Positions 1 through 10,925 of a stretch of DNA of 26,058 nucleotides are shown piece after piece. The notes beneath the pieces are model-generated. The model ran no database searches. It had not been told where the DNA came from and saw only the letters and a list, made by a program, of their open reading frames with translations. Where the stretch lies: NCBI RefSeq assembly GCF_006345805.1, contig NW_021835633.1:1-26058 (forward strand), in the 5' to 3' direction. The stretch is from Octopus sinensis (taxonomy: Eukaryota). Both the position numbers and the translations under genes were made by a program. The stretch's first letter is position 1. Each line of letters starts with the position of its first letter.

Positions 1-134
1 ATATAAAATATTTGGCATTTTATACTCGTAAAATGATAGGTATTTAAGTTCGGTTATGAAGACTCGTCTCATTCCAACATTTCGTTTCTGACGTATTTTG
101 CTACTTATAATTTAAAATTAATAATTTAAGTCAA

Positions 135-279
135 TGAGGTTACTCCAATGTGGTCTTGAATCCTGCTAGAAATAGCAATAAAAAATTACACCTTACTGCC
201 CGTCTTAAAGCAGATCGATGTAATCGTAGGTATAGGAAATATCATTGGTGATTTTCATGGTCGTACGACTTTGATCATA
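135..279. mobile_element. Old dispersed repeat (family D), cut at a TA by the mariner end
   Basis: CCTGCTAGAAATAGCA (152-167) is the reverse complement of the GCTATTTCTA motif at about 2650, 2820, 2876 and 13975. TTTGATCATA at 270-279 abuts the mariner TIR. Confidence 0.5.
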
Positions 280-607
280 TGAGGCTCGGTTGAAAAGTTC
301 ACACAATGACCAAGATGCTCTCATGGAATGTGACCAAATGGGATTTATTTTTCAACATAGTCCTCCTGGTGGTCAACAAATCTTCTTCCGTTGGTGTTGC
401 AGTGCTTGGTTACCATTGATGAAGATGATTTCACCTTGTGCGGTTAAAAAAAAAACCATCAACAGCAGGTATGATATCATCATCCCTGCCATTCTGCTTC
501 CCTGTCGAGTGTTTTTTTTTTTTTCGTGTTAGGGAGCGGACGGTTATCAGATGTGGCCAAATCAAGAGAATAGGGAGGGTGATCAACCAGAACCTAATGA
601 GCCACAA
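278..607 (-). mobile_element. Mariner (DD34D-type) transposon 3' remnant: transposase C-terminus pseudogene plus 3' TIR
   Basis: Minus strand translates with frameshifts as LVDHPPYSLDLATSD...GKQNGRDDDIIPAVDGFF...FINGNQALQHQRKK...DYVEK* (stop at 345-347), matching the mariner YSPDL motif and C-terminus. TA at 278-279 followed by TGAGGCTCGGTTGAAAAGTTC is TIR-like. Confidence 0.85.
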
Positions 608-658
608 CAAAAAGAAACCGCCAAGTATTTTGCGCTAATCATTCTGCAAGTTCACCGC

Positions 659-739
659 GGTACTGTTTCAACTACGCGGATTTTCACCTGTCGCGGAGGG
701 TTTTGGAACCTAACACCCGCGATAGGCGAGGGATTACTT
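659..739 (+). mobile_element. 3' fragment of the pogo/Tigger-like MITE
   Basis: Aligns with 25750-25830 (GTACTGTTTC...GGATTTTCACCT...GTTTTGGAA..TAACACCCGCGATAG.CGAGGGATTACT) and is followed by TA at 740-741. Confidence 0.8.
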
Positions 740-880
740 TATAAGTATTTTGGAATACTGGAAGTTGAGAAAATCAAGCATTTTAAAATGAAGTCAATGG
801 AAAATATCCAGAGATTAAAATCGATGTTAAACTAAAAAACTGAAAGGAAAAAAAATGATGTTTAATAAACTTCCTTTCTG

Positions 881-1062
881 TTATAGGTATAAGGTCGAAA
901 ATGTTAGGGGAGGAGTCTAGACAATTACATTGAACACCATTATATGACTGGTACTTACTTTATCGACCCTGAATGAAGGGAAAAGTCGTCCACAGCGGAA
1001 TTTGAACTCAGAGCGTAAAGATGGATGAAATGCTGCTCAGCGTTTTGTCCGGCGTGCTAATC
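881..1062 (-). mobile_element. tRNA-derived SINE, family B (diverged)
   Basis: Reverse-complement match to 10718-10925 (CTGGTACTT..TTTATCGACCC, GGAATTTGAACTCAGA B box, CCGGCGTGCTAA). Confidence 0.8.
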
Positions 1063-2299
1063 CTCACTAATCTTTGATAAGACGATACGCTCAATCGTGA
1101 ACTATGTTGCGCTTATCTTGAATTATTCTGTGATAACACAGTTCAACAATCAATCGAACATTCAGTTTATACCGCAAGAACGTGCTCCAGTCACTACCCC
1201 CCAATGCCCAGCAACCCAGAATGCATTGCTTATCACTTGTGTTTACATTGCCATATCAAACGGGTTTACCTAATGGTACCTGTCAGTATAGGATCAGCGA
1301 ATAGAACATTACAGAGGCGCCTGATCTCATCAAACGACACAGACAGTTGTATTCTCGGAAGGAAAGACAGAAAGGATCAGCGAAATTACATGCGTGGAGA
1401 TGCTTCAGTTATCACTGTCTTTTTTTTCTTTTTAAAGCCAGTGCTCTTGATAAACGAGAATAGATGTAATAAGTGGACAGAATCAAGAACGAGATACAAA
1501 GCAGAGATGCTCCAATGCAATTCGGAAGAACTTTTACAGTTGATGACGATTCCTGTGGTATTACACCCAAAATCTTGCACTCGCAGGTTTTATGTGCCCT
1601 AGAAATGCGCCGTACTCTGAGATCGAGATATTTTCCAAACATTTCTATCACCATGGTCGATTCGGAAAAGTGAAATATGCTTGCAACTTACAGGTCACGA
1701 CACCCGGATATAAGGTCGTTAACCAATTACCCTGGCTTCCGGTCTGACTCAACGCTATTCTTTACCCTCAGACATATATTTCTATAAAGTTTCAGGAGCA
1801 TAAAGAAAAAAAAAAAAAAAAGAGTGGTAATCTGAGCTTCCTTGGCAGAGAAGATATCTTTCAAAATTGCTTGATTCCTCTTTTTACGAAAAATAGCCAC
1901 GGGAAATAGGCTCATTCCCAACTATTTCCATAAAATGATATAAATTTCCGGTGACACTTTCAACAGAAGTCTGTCTTCTGGTGCCATGAAAATAGGCTCC
2001 CTTAAACCCTCTTTTTTTGTTTAGGCACAAAAACAACACATTTGCTGGGGTGGGTCGGTTGAGTTTATTAAAACGTCGCTGTATTTGCCAAATACTAATC
2101 TTATCCAGAAAAGATGAAAGAAAAACCCTACATCTCTTTGTTTGCTTTGGTATTGATCCCGTAGTTATTAACCACTGATACAAACTAATTAGTTGTGCCA
2201 TATTTCTGGCAACAAAACCATTCAAAACCCCATTGGACCTTTCTTTAACTGCATTTGTAAAAACCGTTTCTCGTCATTAATGCTCTATGATTGTCGTTA

Positions 2300-2300
<1 letters not shown>

Positions 2301-2364
<64 letters not shown>

Positions 2365-2400
2365 ATAGTAGTTCTTGTTGCTGTTGTTGTTGTTATTGTT
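2301..2400. repeat. (TAG)n microsatellite followed by a (GTT)n-rich run
   Basis: Seen directly; about 70 bp of near-perfect AGT repeats. Confidence 0.95.
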
Positions 2401-2910
2401 TTGGCCGGGTCATCCTTGATAAGAGAAACTCATAATAAGTGACACTCCAGTCGTAACATTCCGATTTTTGCTGGCGTATCTTGTGATTCATTGCCAAATA
2501 TATCCCTAGGACGTTCTGGTCTGATTAGAGAGACATTTGGCTGTCGAGGGACTACAGAAACGTTCTTTAAGTTGTACAAATATATGAAGACTGTCATGGA
2601 AATGAAAGACCTCAATTGGCAGCGTGTGGTTAGAGGGAGATTCGGTTGCTATTTATTTGAGATCGAATGATGTCCATGTAGAATTTCTCTCATTTACTGG
2701 TGCAAATATCCGAAGGCGTCATTCATCAATAATTAAAGATATCGACCGTATGTTATGATTTGAGGGATATGTGACTGCTATTTGTAATACAGCGAATGGC
2801 CACGTATACAGATCTAGCTGCTATTTCTAAAAGATCGAGCGATCATATACAGTGTAATTTGAAGGAAATTTGGTTGCTATTTCTAATAGATCGAACGATC
2901 ACTTATGGAC
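2395..2910. mobile_element. Family D repeat plus two tandem extra copies of its terminal ~56-bp motif
   Basis: The motif GAGAT(T/C)..G(T/C)TGCTATTT..A.AGATCGA.CGATCA appears at about 2633, 2809 and 2859. The last two copies are 56 bp apart (GCTATTTCTAA at 2820 and 2876). Confidence 0.55.
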
Positions 2911-2999
2911 TCCATCTTTCATTCGTACAAGAATTTGCAATTAAGAGGTGTCAACCATCGGAGCTGACTGACTGTTCGAAATAGGGGTAGTTGATTACA

Positions 3000-3170
3000 T
3001 TGAGCCCATAGCTCAACCAACACTTGTTTCAGCAAGCTCAAGAGAGTGGAAAGCATATTTGACGTCGATGTCAGTTGAATCAGATCGCAAAGCCGGGGGA
3101 AAAGCCGCTGTGCAGTTTGTCCAGAATGCTAGCGACACTACTTGCTCGCTGCCCTTATCTTCTAAATACC
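3000..3170 (-). mobile_element. Highly decayed family B SINE
   Basis: GCAGTTTGTCCAGAATGCTAGCGACACTACTTGCTCGCTGCCCTTA resembles the reverse complement of the family B head. Confidence 0.35.
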
Positions 3171-3606
3171 CTCACAGTTCTAAATAGCTACATAGCACAA
3201 TAACAAAATGATCACATTCGATGGCCGCTTAGGGGATTGCACATTATACATTCTCGGAGGTGTGCAATTTCCAGTTGGCTCCAGTGAGGTTTGATCCCAG
3301 TAAAGACAATCTAAAGCTGTGAGAATTATGGTAAAACACCAAAAATAACCTATCCGCAATGAATAGTTTGGGCAAGACTATTGTTGCTTGCCATCACTTC
3401 GATCGATGTAAGTAATTATTGAGGCAAGTAACCATCATTGACAGTTGAATGTTTATATTTCCATCCAGATGTTAATGGATGATGGAGAAGTATTTCACGT
3501 TCTCTCGAAGTTTCTAAATTCATATGACGTCAACATTACACATACACACACAGATACATATTTGCATGTTGTGTGTGTGTGTGTGTGTGTGCAAATATGT
3601 GTGTGT

Positions 3607-3685
3607 GTTTAAGCCTGGTACTTATTCTGTCGTTTCCTTTTACCGAATCGTTAACTTAAGCGGACGTAAAAATACTAACCCCACC

Positions 3686-3746
<61 letters not shown>

Positions 3747-3944
3747 GTGTGTGTGTGTGTGTGTGTGCGTGTGTATATAAGACGAGCTTCTTTCAGTTTC
3801 CGTCTATCAAATCCACTCACAAGGCATTGTTCGGCCTGAGGCTATAGTAGAAGATACTTGTCCAAGGTGCCATGCAGTGGGACGGAACCCGAGATCATAT
3901 AGTTTGGAAATAAATCTTCTTACCATAAAGTCACGCCTTTGCCT
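3607..3944 (-). mobile_element. tRNA-derived SINE, family A (CORE-like), with internal (TA)n(TG)n expansion
   Basis: Reverse complement of 14963-15430 (CTTCTTTCAGTTTCCGTCTA.CAAATCCACTCACAAGGC, ACTTGTCCAAGGTGCC, CAGTGGGAC.GAACCC). Confidence 0.9.
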
Positions 3945-4159
3945 GTATTTGAAACTGAATAAAGTTGGAGAATGAAGCCGAACTCTTTCGAACTTGTTTA
4001 CGACCACGCTTAATTATTTTTAATTAGCCATAAATCGTTATTCTAAAATATATATTCTTCAAAGATATTTAATCAATGTTGTCAGGTTGAAAGACAATCG
4101 ATATGGCTACGATGAATTCTATTCGTTTACATTTATTATTTAATTCTTTAATTGTGGAA

Positions 4160-4543
4160 GTGGAAGCACTCCGTCGGTTACGACGACGAGGGTTCCGGTT
4201 GATCCGATCAACGGAACAGCCTGCTCGTGAAATTAACGTGTAAGTGGCCGAGCACTCCACAGACACGTGTACCCTTAACGTAGTTCTCGGGGATAATCAG
4301 CGTGATAGAGAGAGTGACAAGGCCGGCCCTTTGAAATACAGGTACAACAGAAACAGGAAGTAAGAGTGAGAGAAAGTTGTGGTGAAAGAGTACAGCAGGG
4401 ATCACCACCACCCCTGCCGGAGCCTCGTGGAGCTTTAGGTGTTTTCGCTCAATAAACATTCACAACGCCCGGCCTGGGAATCGAAACCGCGATCCTACGA
4501 CCGCGAGTCCGCTGCCCTAACCACTGGGCCATTGCGCCTCCAC
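4160..4543 (-). mobile_element. Near full-length tRNA-derived SINE, family C
   Basis: The minus-strand head has an A box TGGCCCAGTGG (4521-4531) and B box GGTTTCGATTCCC (4476-4488). About 180 bp of its 3' part is shared with 19458-19638. Confidence 0.9.
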
Positions 4544-4549
4544 TCTTTT

Positions 4550-4700
4550 CTTGTAGTTGTAGTCGTTAATGTTGTTGTTGATGTTGAAAGTATTTTATTC
4601 AAAGGCGACCATTGAAAGATCCAACAGAACTATTATCAAAGACGTTCCAACAGTGAACATCCCGTCATTTTACTGATATAGGCAGGATGATATCCTCGTG
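4550..4700. mobile_element. Partial family D repeat after a (GTT)n run
   Basis: ATCAAAGACGTTCCAACAGTGAACATCCCGTC resembles 2440-2465 and the reverse complement of 255-279. Confidence 0.4.
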
Positions 4701-5464
4701 TTTGTTATTATTTAACAACTCTGGAATGACATGCATACAGTTTCACCTATGATGGCAGCTACATTCGGGAATAATGTCTTTGAAGGTTCGACTTGTTTTG
4801 AATATGCTTTTTTTAATTTTTAATTTTTTTTTTTTTACATCTAATGTAAGGCACACAATCGCGGCGATTGTTTGGTTAACATTCACAATAATTTCATTTG
4901 ATTCAATAAATCTAGGATTGTTGCTAGACTGCAGGTTCTTTCGAATCTTGATAATCACTCGTTTTGTGTGACATCCAAATAATATAAAGAAAAGCTTCGA
5001 ACTCGGGCCTAAACACGTGGGTCCTATCAATTGACATATTCTAATCGCTAGGATATTTTCAGGCCAGAAGAATCAGTAATATCAGGCAAGGTAACACAAA
5101 AACTGTCGCTGGTTTAGCATGATATATTTTTGCCTGAGATCTTTCCTAGAGAGTCAATAGTCGCCAACGATAATAAAAATGGATTTTAGCAACTTACGTT
5201 ACGCTAAGTTGCTAAAACCGAAGAGGCATACCGAAGAAGTGGAGAGTTAGAATATAAACAACAGAGTTATTCGAATTAAATAAGAGTGCCGCCCATTCAT
5301 AATCACCATGCCTAGTCCCCAGGCATTGATAAACCCGCCGTTAATTAACCTGATCGTTTATCACCTCAAGTCCTTCCATGGCCCAACTCCCTACAGCTAC
5401 TGACTTGTCGTTGACCATAACTCCCCGTCCTAATATCCCTTGATTATATCCCGCTAGGTTTCCA

Positions 5465-5925
5465 TATATATTCCGAAATGTATTTACACATGTATATATG
5501 TATATTTTATATATAAATATCTATTATTTATTACACATACACACACGCGCATGCATACGTACATACAAGCGCGTGCACACACATGCACGCACACACACTC
5601 ACTCACTCATGCGCATATCTATGTCTAAAAGAGGATGACGGCAAAGCCGGGTGGACGAAGATGTCCCAAATGGCCGCTACAAGTCAGATTTAAGGAGATG
5701 GTGTCATACATCAATAGTAATACATACATATATATATGTACGTATAACATATACATACATGTACATACAGACACATACACACATACATATATATATATAT
5801 ATGTATATTTACATTTATCTATTTATATATATGAGTATATATTTATTTATATCTGTGTGTATATAAATTATATATATATATATATATATACATATATGTG
5901 CATGTACCTATGTAATTATATATGC

Positions 5926-5975
<50 letters not shown>

Positions 5976-6260
5976 ATACATACATACATATATAAATATA
6001 TATATATATATATAGCATTCATATACATAAGCACTCAATCTCATACAAGACATTCAGACACATACATACACACACACATACATACATACATGCATACATA
6101 CATACATAAAGAAAGACAGACATGTAAAGATATACACACGTACTTATACTCACGTACGCTTGGATGTGGTACTTGCGTGTGTTTCGAATGGAAGTGCGTA
6201 TATAATATATTTGCAGGTTTGCTTGTTTGTGTGTGTGTGTGCGCGCGTGTGTTTCTTTGA
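5465..6260. repeat. Compound (TA)n/(CA)n/(TG)n/(CATA)n microsatellite field
   Basis: Seen directly; contains a short non-repetitive island at about 5625-5715. Confidence 0.95.
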
Positions 6261-6418
6261 GGGTGTATAGTTTCGTGTGTGTAAAATGTAAACGCTTGAA
6301 TGCTTCGGTCTTATCCTTCAAACAAACTTCTCGTCAAAGTCTTTCTCTTTGTTTTATTTTAAACGGTTTTTTGTTGATGAATGTAAGTTTTGATAAAGGA
6401 AGAAGTTTGAGGAAAACT

Positions 6419-6750
6419 GAATGAAAGAAACGGTGGTAGAGAAGAAGCAAGAAGATGGGAAGAGGGAAGGAGAGGAGGTGAGAAGGAGAGAGAGGAGAAC
6501 GGAGAGAGAGGGAGGGAGACAGAGACAGAGTGAGAGGGAAGGAGAGATTCAAAGAAGCTAGAGAAAGATTGAATGAAAGAAACGGTGGTAGAGAAGAAGC
6601 AAGAAGATGGGAAGAGGGAAGGAGAGGAGGTGAGAAGGAGAGAGAGGAGAACGGAGAGAGAGGGAGGGAGACAGAGACAGAGTGAGAGGGAAGGAGAGAT
6701 TCAAAGAAGCTAGAGAAAGATTGAATGAAAGAAACGGTGGAAGAGAAGAA
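6419..6750 (+). repeat. Exact 152-bp tandem duplication plus a partial third copy
   Basis: GAATGAAAGAAACGGTGG starts at 6419, 6571 and 6723; the first two units read identical. Confidence 0.95.
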
Positions 6751-6961
6751 CGAGTATCAAGAGAGGGAGAAAGACAGAGAAAGAAGAAGGAGGGAGAGAG
6801 AACCAGAGAGTGGCAACAAGAGAGAAGAAGGAGAGAGAGCCAGAAAGAAAGAATGAGAGAGGAGGAGAGAGGAGGTAAAAAGAAAGTGAGGGTGAGATAG
6901 AGAAAGAACTAGAGAGGGAGAGAGCGAATTTGAGAGAGAGAGAAAGAGAGAGGAGAGAGAA

Positions 6962-6992
<31 letters not shown>

Positions 6993-6997
6993 AAGAA

Positions 6998-7048
<51 letters not shown>

Positions 7049-7097
7049 AAGAGAGAGAGAGCATTTCTAGAGGAGTAATTGAAAGAAAAAAAAATAA

Positions 7098-7128
<31 letters not shown>

Positions 7129-7561
7129 TAACATTGTTTGCCTGAAAGAGAGAGCGAGAGAAGCTTATGAGCGAGAGAATAATTTGTAGATAATATAGAA
7201 AAGGAAGAAGAAAGAAATGTGAAAGTGAGAGGGGTTTGAGAGAGAGAGAGAGAGGGTGAAGAGTGAGACAGAATGAAAGAGTAAGAGTAAGGAATAAATT
7301 GTATAGAAAGGAAGAAAAAGATAAAGAGAAGAGAAAAATGAAAGAGAAAGTAAAAAGTAATATAACTGTGTATGGGAGTGTGAAGGGAGAGATAAACAGA
7401 GGGAGAGAGAGGAAGAGGAGAGAGACACAGAGAAACAGAGAGTGATAGTGTGAGAGAAAGTGAAAATACAAGCAGGGAAAAAGAAAGGGAAAGAGCGCCT
7501 CTGTGTGTATAAGAGGGATAGAGAGAAAGACGGGGGGGGGAAGGGTGTAAGTGAGTGACAC

Positions 7562-7595
<34 letters not shown>

Positions 7596-7640
7596 CCAAA
7601 GAAAGAGTGACAGAGAGAGAGGGGGGAGAGAGATGAAGAG
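6419..7640 (+). repeat. ~1.2-kb purine-rich tract with (GA)n/(GAAA)n arrays
   Basis: Seen directly; almost purely G/A at about 6890-7130. Confidence 0.95.
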
Positions 7641-7764
7641 TTAGGAAGAAAAATTCTTCGTGTTAATGATGTCTCCCTTGATAAAATACGTAGCTAAGTT
7701 CGTTATCAAGGGACTAATTAATTATGTGAGCGCGTGTATTTGTGGGTATGTCGATGGACACATG

Positions 7765-8079
7765 TATGTATAAATATATATGTATGTATATATATGTGTG
7801 TGTGTGTTTGTGTGTGTGTAGGTATGCGCATCTATGTATGAATTTCTATATCCGTGAATTCATATTTATGTATTGTATATCTAAATGTATATGGTAGTAT
7901 AAATTTACACACACACACACACGCACACACACACTCACGCGCACATACACACTCATGTATACCTTTCCTTCTTACTATATTTACATACACGCATATATGT
8001 GTGAGTATATATATGTATGTAAATATATTTATAATATATATATATATATACACACACATATATATCTGAGTATATATAT

Positions 8080-8112
<33 letters not shown>

Positions 8113-8200
8113 TACATATATACATATAAATATATATATATACAACATATACATATACATACATATAAATACATATAAATAGATACATTGAGACGTACAG
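7765..8200. repeat. Compound (TA)n/(CA)n/(TG)n microsatellites
   Basis: Seen directly. Confidence 0.9.
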
Positions 8201-8579
8201 ACACATGTACGTGTGTCTAGCTGGCTATCTGTGTGTGTGTGTGGTGTGTATAAGCTAGACCAAGCAAGCATCCACACACACAAGCACAAACACAAAGCTA
8301 GTTATATACTCTGTGGTTACTCGGAGTATTGCTTCTTGTGTTCTTGAGAAGGGCTTGAGCATGTGCAAAGTCGCCGGGTGGGAACACATGAAGCGCGGAG
8401 AAAACTCGATGGTCTTATCGACCATTTTTCTGAACAGATTCCCTACGAAATCTGAGTAGATACATGTGTGTGTATATGTACGGGCGTGATTGTGTCTGCG
8501 TACGTGAGTCTTTGTCTGAGGCGAATGTGTGTAAGGGACGGGATGAAATATATATTTCACATTTTGCCGCGAGGGCAGC

Positions 8580-8767
8580 ACTTTAGGGGGTGGGCAGATA
8601 AGTCGATTGTATCAACCCTTGTGTTTAACTGATAAATATTTTATCAACCCCGGAGGGGACGAAAGGCAAAGTCGAACCTGGAAGAAATGAACTCAGAACG
8701 TTAAGACGGAAGAAAATATTGCTAAGCACTTTTGCCTGGCTTGCTACCGATTCTGCCAGATCACCGC
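8580..8767 (-). mobile_element. tRNA-derived SINE, family B
   Basis: GAAAGGCAAAGTCGA, GAACTCAGAACG and GATTCTGCCAGATCACCGC are reverse complements of the 10718-10925 copy. Confidence 0.85.
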
Positions 8768-8834
8768 GTTAACGGCGTGAATCTATATTGATAGATTGAT
8801 TGATGGTTTGCCAGACTAGATAACTGTTTTTGAG

Positions 8835-8977
8835 TGTTTGTGTGTGTGTGTGTGTGTGTGTGTTTGGTCTATCTAAACGTGTCGTTAATGTATTGGTATT
8901 ATAGATTAGGTTGTTAATTATAAATAATGACAGTTAGTGAGGTATACTGACAGGGACGTACGTGTTTATATATCTTT

Positions 8978-9040
<63 letters not shown>

Positions 9041-9479
9041 CCACAGGCAAACACGCGCGCACACACACGCGTGTGCATGCATACACACATACACACACTC
9101 ATATGTCTACTGATTTCAAGTCATTCTTCTGGTGAAAGTAAGTTATATGTATCGATTATGTATCTTTCTTTCTCTCTCACCCCACTCTCTCTACATATAT
9201 ACGCATTGCAAACATAAATATGTATACATACACACATGTATGCATATGTATATTGATTTGAAACTATTGAATTGCGAGAGGAGCTTGTGTGTGTGATTTT
9301 GTATCTATTTTCCTATCTTTTCATGTCTCTCTCTTCCTTCCTCTCTTTCTCTCTGTATAGGTGTGTGTGTGTGTCTCTCTGTGTGTGTGTGTCTTCGCAT
9401 TTAACACACATATATATATATACGTGTGTTAGAGGAGAGATTCATATAGATCGATAGGTAGCTATACATCCAAATACAG

Positions 9480-9528
<49 letters not shown>

Positions 9529-9638
9529 ATATATATATATATATATGTATGCATATGTATATATATATATGTATGTATATAATCTGTATATATGTAGATA
9601 TACTATATGTACATATACACATAATATATATGTATATA

Positions 9639-9674
<36 letters not shown>

Positions 9675-9770
9675 ATAATGTATATCTATCTGTCTATCTA
9701 TTTATCAATCTATCATTTTATCTACGCGTGCGCACGCACACACACACACACACACGTACCTCCACTCGGT
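8835..9770. repeat. Compound microsatellite field (TG, TA, CT, CA, TCTA)
   Basis: Seen directly. Confidence 0.9.
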
Positions 9771-9884
9771 GTAGCACAGATATATTACGTATGACACCGC
9801 AATGCTAATTGCAGAAACCAAACAAATGATGTCTATCTAGAAGTGATATTAAATGGTGGTGTATTTTAAACGCAGCAATGAAAA

Positions 9885-10023
9885 GACCAACCCCAACACC
9901 GCCACCACCACCACCAAGGCCACCACCACCGCCACCAACACCAAGGCCACCACCACCGCCACCAACACCAAGGCCACCACCACCGCCACCACCACCGCCA
10001 CCACCACCGCCACCACCACCACC
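9885..10023. repeat. (CCA)n-derived repeat with a 27-bp higher-order unit
   Basis: AGGCCACCACCACCGCCACCAACACCA occurs twice and is followed by a partial third copy and CCG(CCA)3 units. Confidence 0.9.
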
Positions 10024-10464
10024 TGTATAGCAAGGAAACAATAAATTTGACCACAGACTTTAATAGACAATTGTTATCTCGCGAAACCAATCAATTGAAA
10101 TTGTTCATTCTTAGTCAACGTTTCAACTCTTTTCCAAAAGCTATTATTTCTCTCAGATACAACGCTGCTCTTTTTAAAAGAGACAGAGATAAAGCGATGA
10201 ACAGGCCAGTGGCATAGATTACAATGGCCAAAGCGAAATTACATATGGGGTACAGGGAATATGTCGGGAAAAGAAAGTTAAAAGATAAAGGCTTGTTGAA
10301 TTTCCGCTGGTTTTGTGCGGATTCTAAAGATGGTTTAAATGGTTGGGTGGTGTGTAAGATGAGGATGGAGTGTCTTTCCTTATTTGGTTATATTGTGTTT
10401 GAAACTCGCTGAAGTCTAATTTTGTCTTCTATCCTGACGATGTCGATTAAATAACTAAAAAAAA

Positions 10465-10705
10465 AACATATATATATGTAAAGGTAACTTGGAGTGTATT
10501 ATCCACACACACACACATATATGTATATACGTATATTATATATTACATACATACATATATAATATATATATATATATATATAGATATTATATATATATAT
10601 ATCATATATATATATATATATATATATATTAATATATATATATATAATATACATATATATATATACATATATATATACACATGCACGTATTTGCCATATA
10701 TATAT
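10465..10705. repeat. (TA)n-rich microsatellite
   Basis: Seen directly. Confidence 0.9.
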
Positions 10706-10717
10706 TTGTTGTTAATT

Positions 10718-10925
10718 AAGGCGGTGATCTGGCAGAATCGTTGGCACGCCGGGCGAAATTCTTAGCGGTATTACGTCCGCCATTATGTTTTGAGTTCAAA
10801 TTCCGCCGAAGTCGATTCGGCCTTTCATCTTTTCGGGATCGATAAAATAAGTACCAGACGAAAACTTAGGGTCGATGTGATCGACCCAGACCCCCTAAAA
10901 TTGCTGGCCTTGTGCCAAAATTTTG
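10718..10925 (+). mobile_element. tRNA-derived SINE, family B (best-preserved copy)
   Basis: A-box-like TGGCAGAATCG (10730-10740) and B-box-like GAGTTCAAATTCC (10792-10804); homologous copies elsewhere in the window. Confidence 0.9.

Noticed and set aside
1204-1673. Overlapping 132-aa and 66-aa ORFs with a pyrimidine-rich acceptor-like site at about 1437
   Set aside because: The longer ORF runs through a poly-T tract, no good donor is in frame, and no motif is recognisable. Not supportable as a CDS.
1884-2225. 113-aa minus-strand ORF containing RRQTSVES
   Set aside because: No domain, no convincing splice sites; consistent with a chance ORF.
7674-7713. 11-bp inverted repeat TCCCTTGATAA/TTATCAAGGGA with an 18-nt spacer
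   Set aside because: Too short for a pre-miRNA or MITE; plausible by chance in 26 kb of AT-rich DNA.
5635-9808. Many YI/VC/HT/LS/ER-repeat ORFs in the ORF track (also at 12255-12745, 14085-14432, 18432-18922 and 25003-26044)
   Set aside because: They are translations of dinucleotide and tetranucleotide microsatellites.
10401-10446. GAAA...TC...CTGACGA in type II hammerhead order
   Set aside because: Stems I and II do not base-pair.
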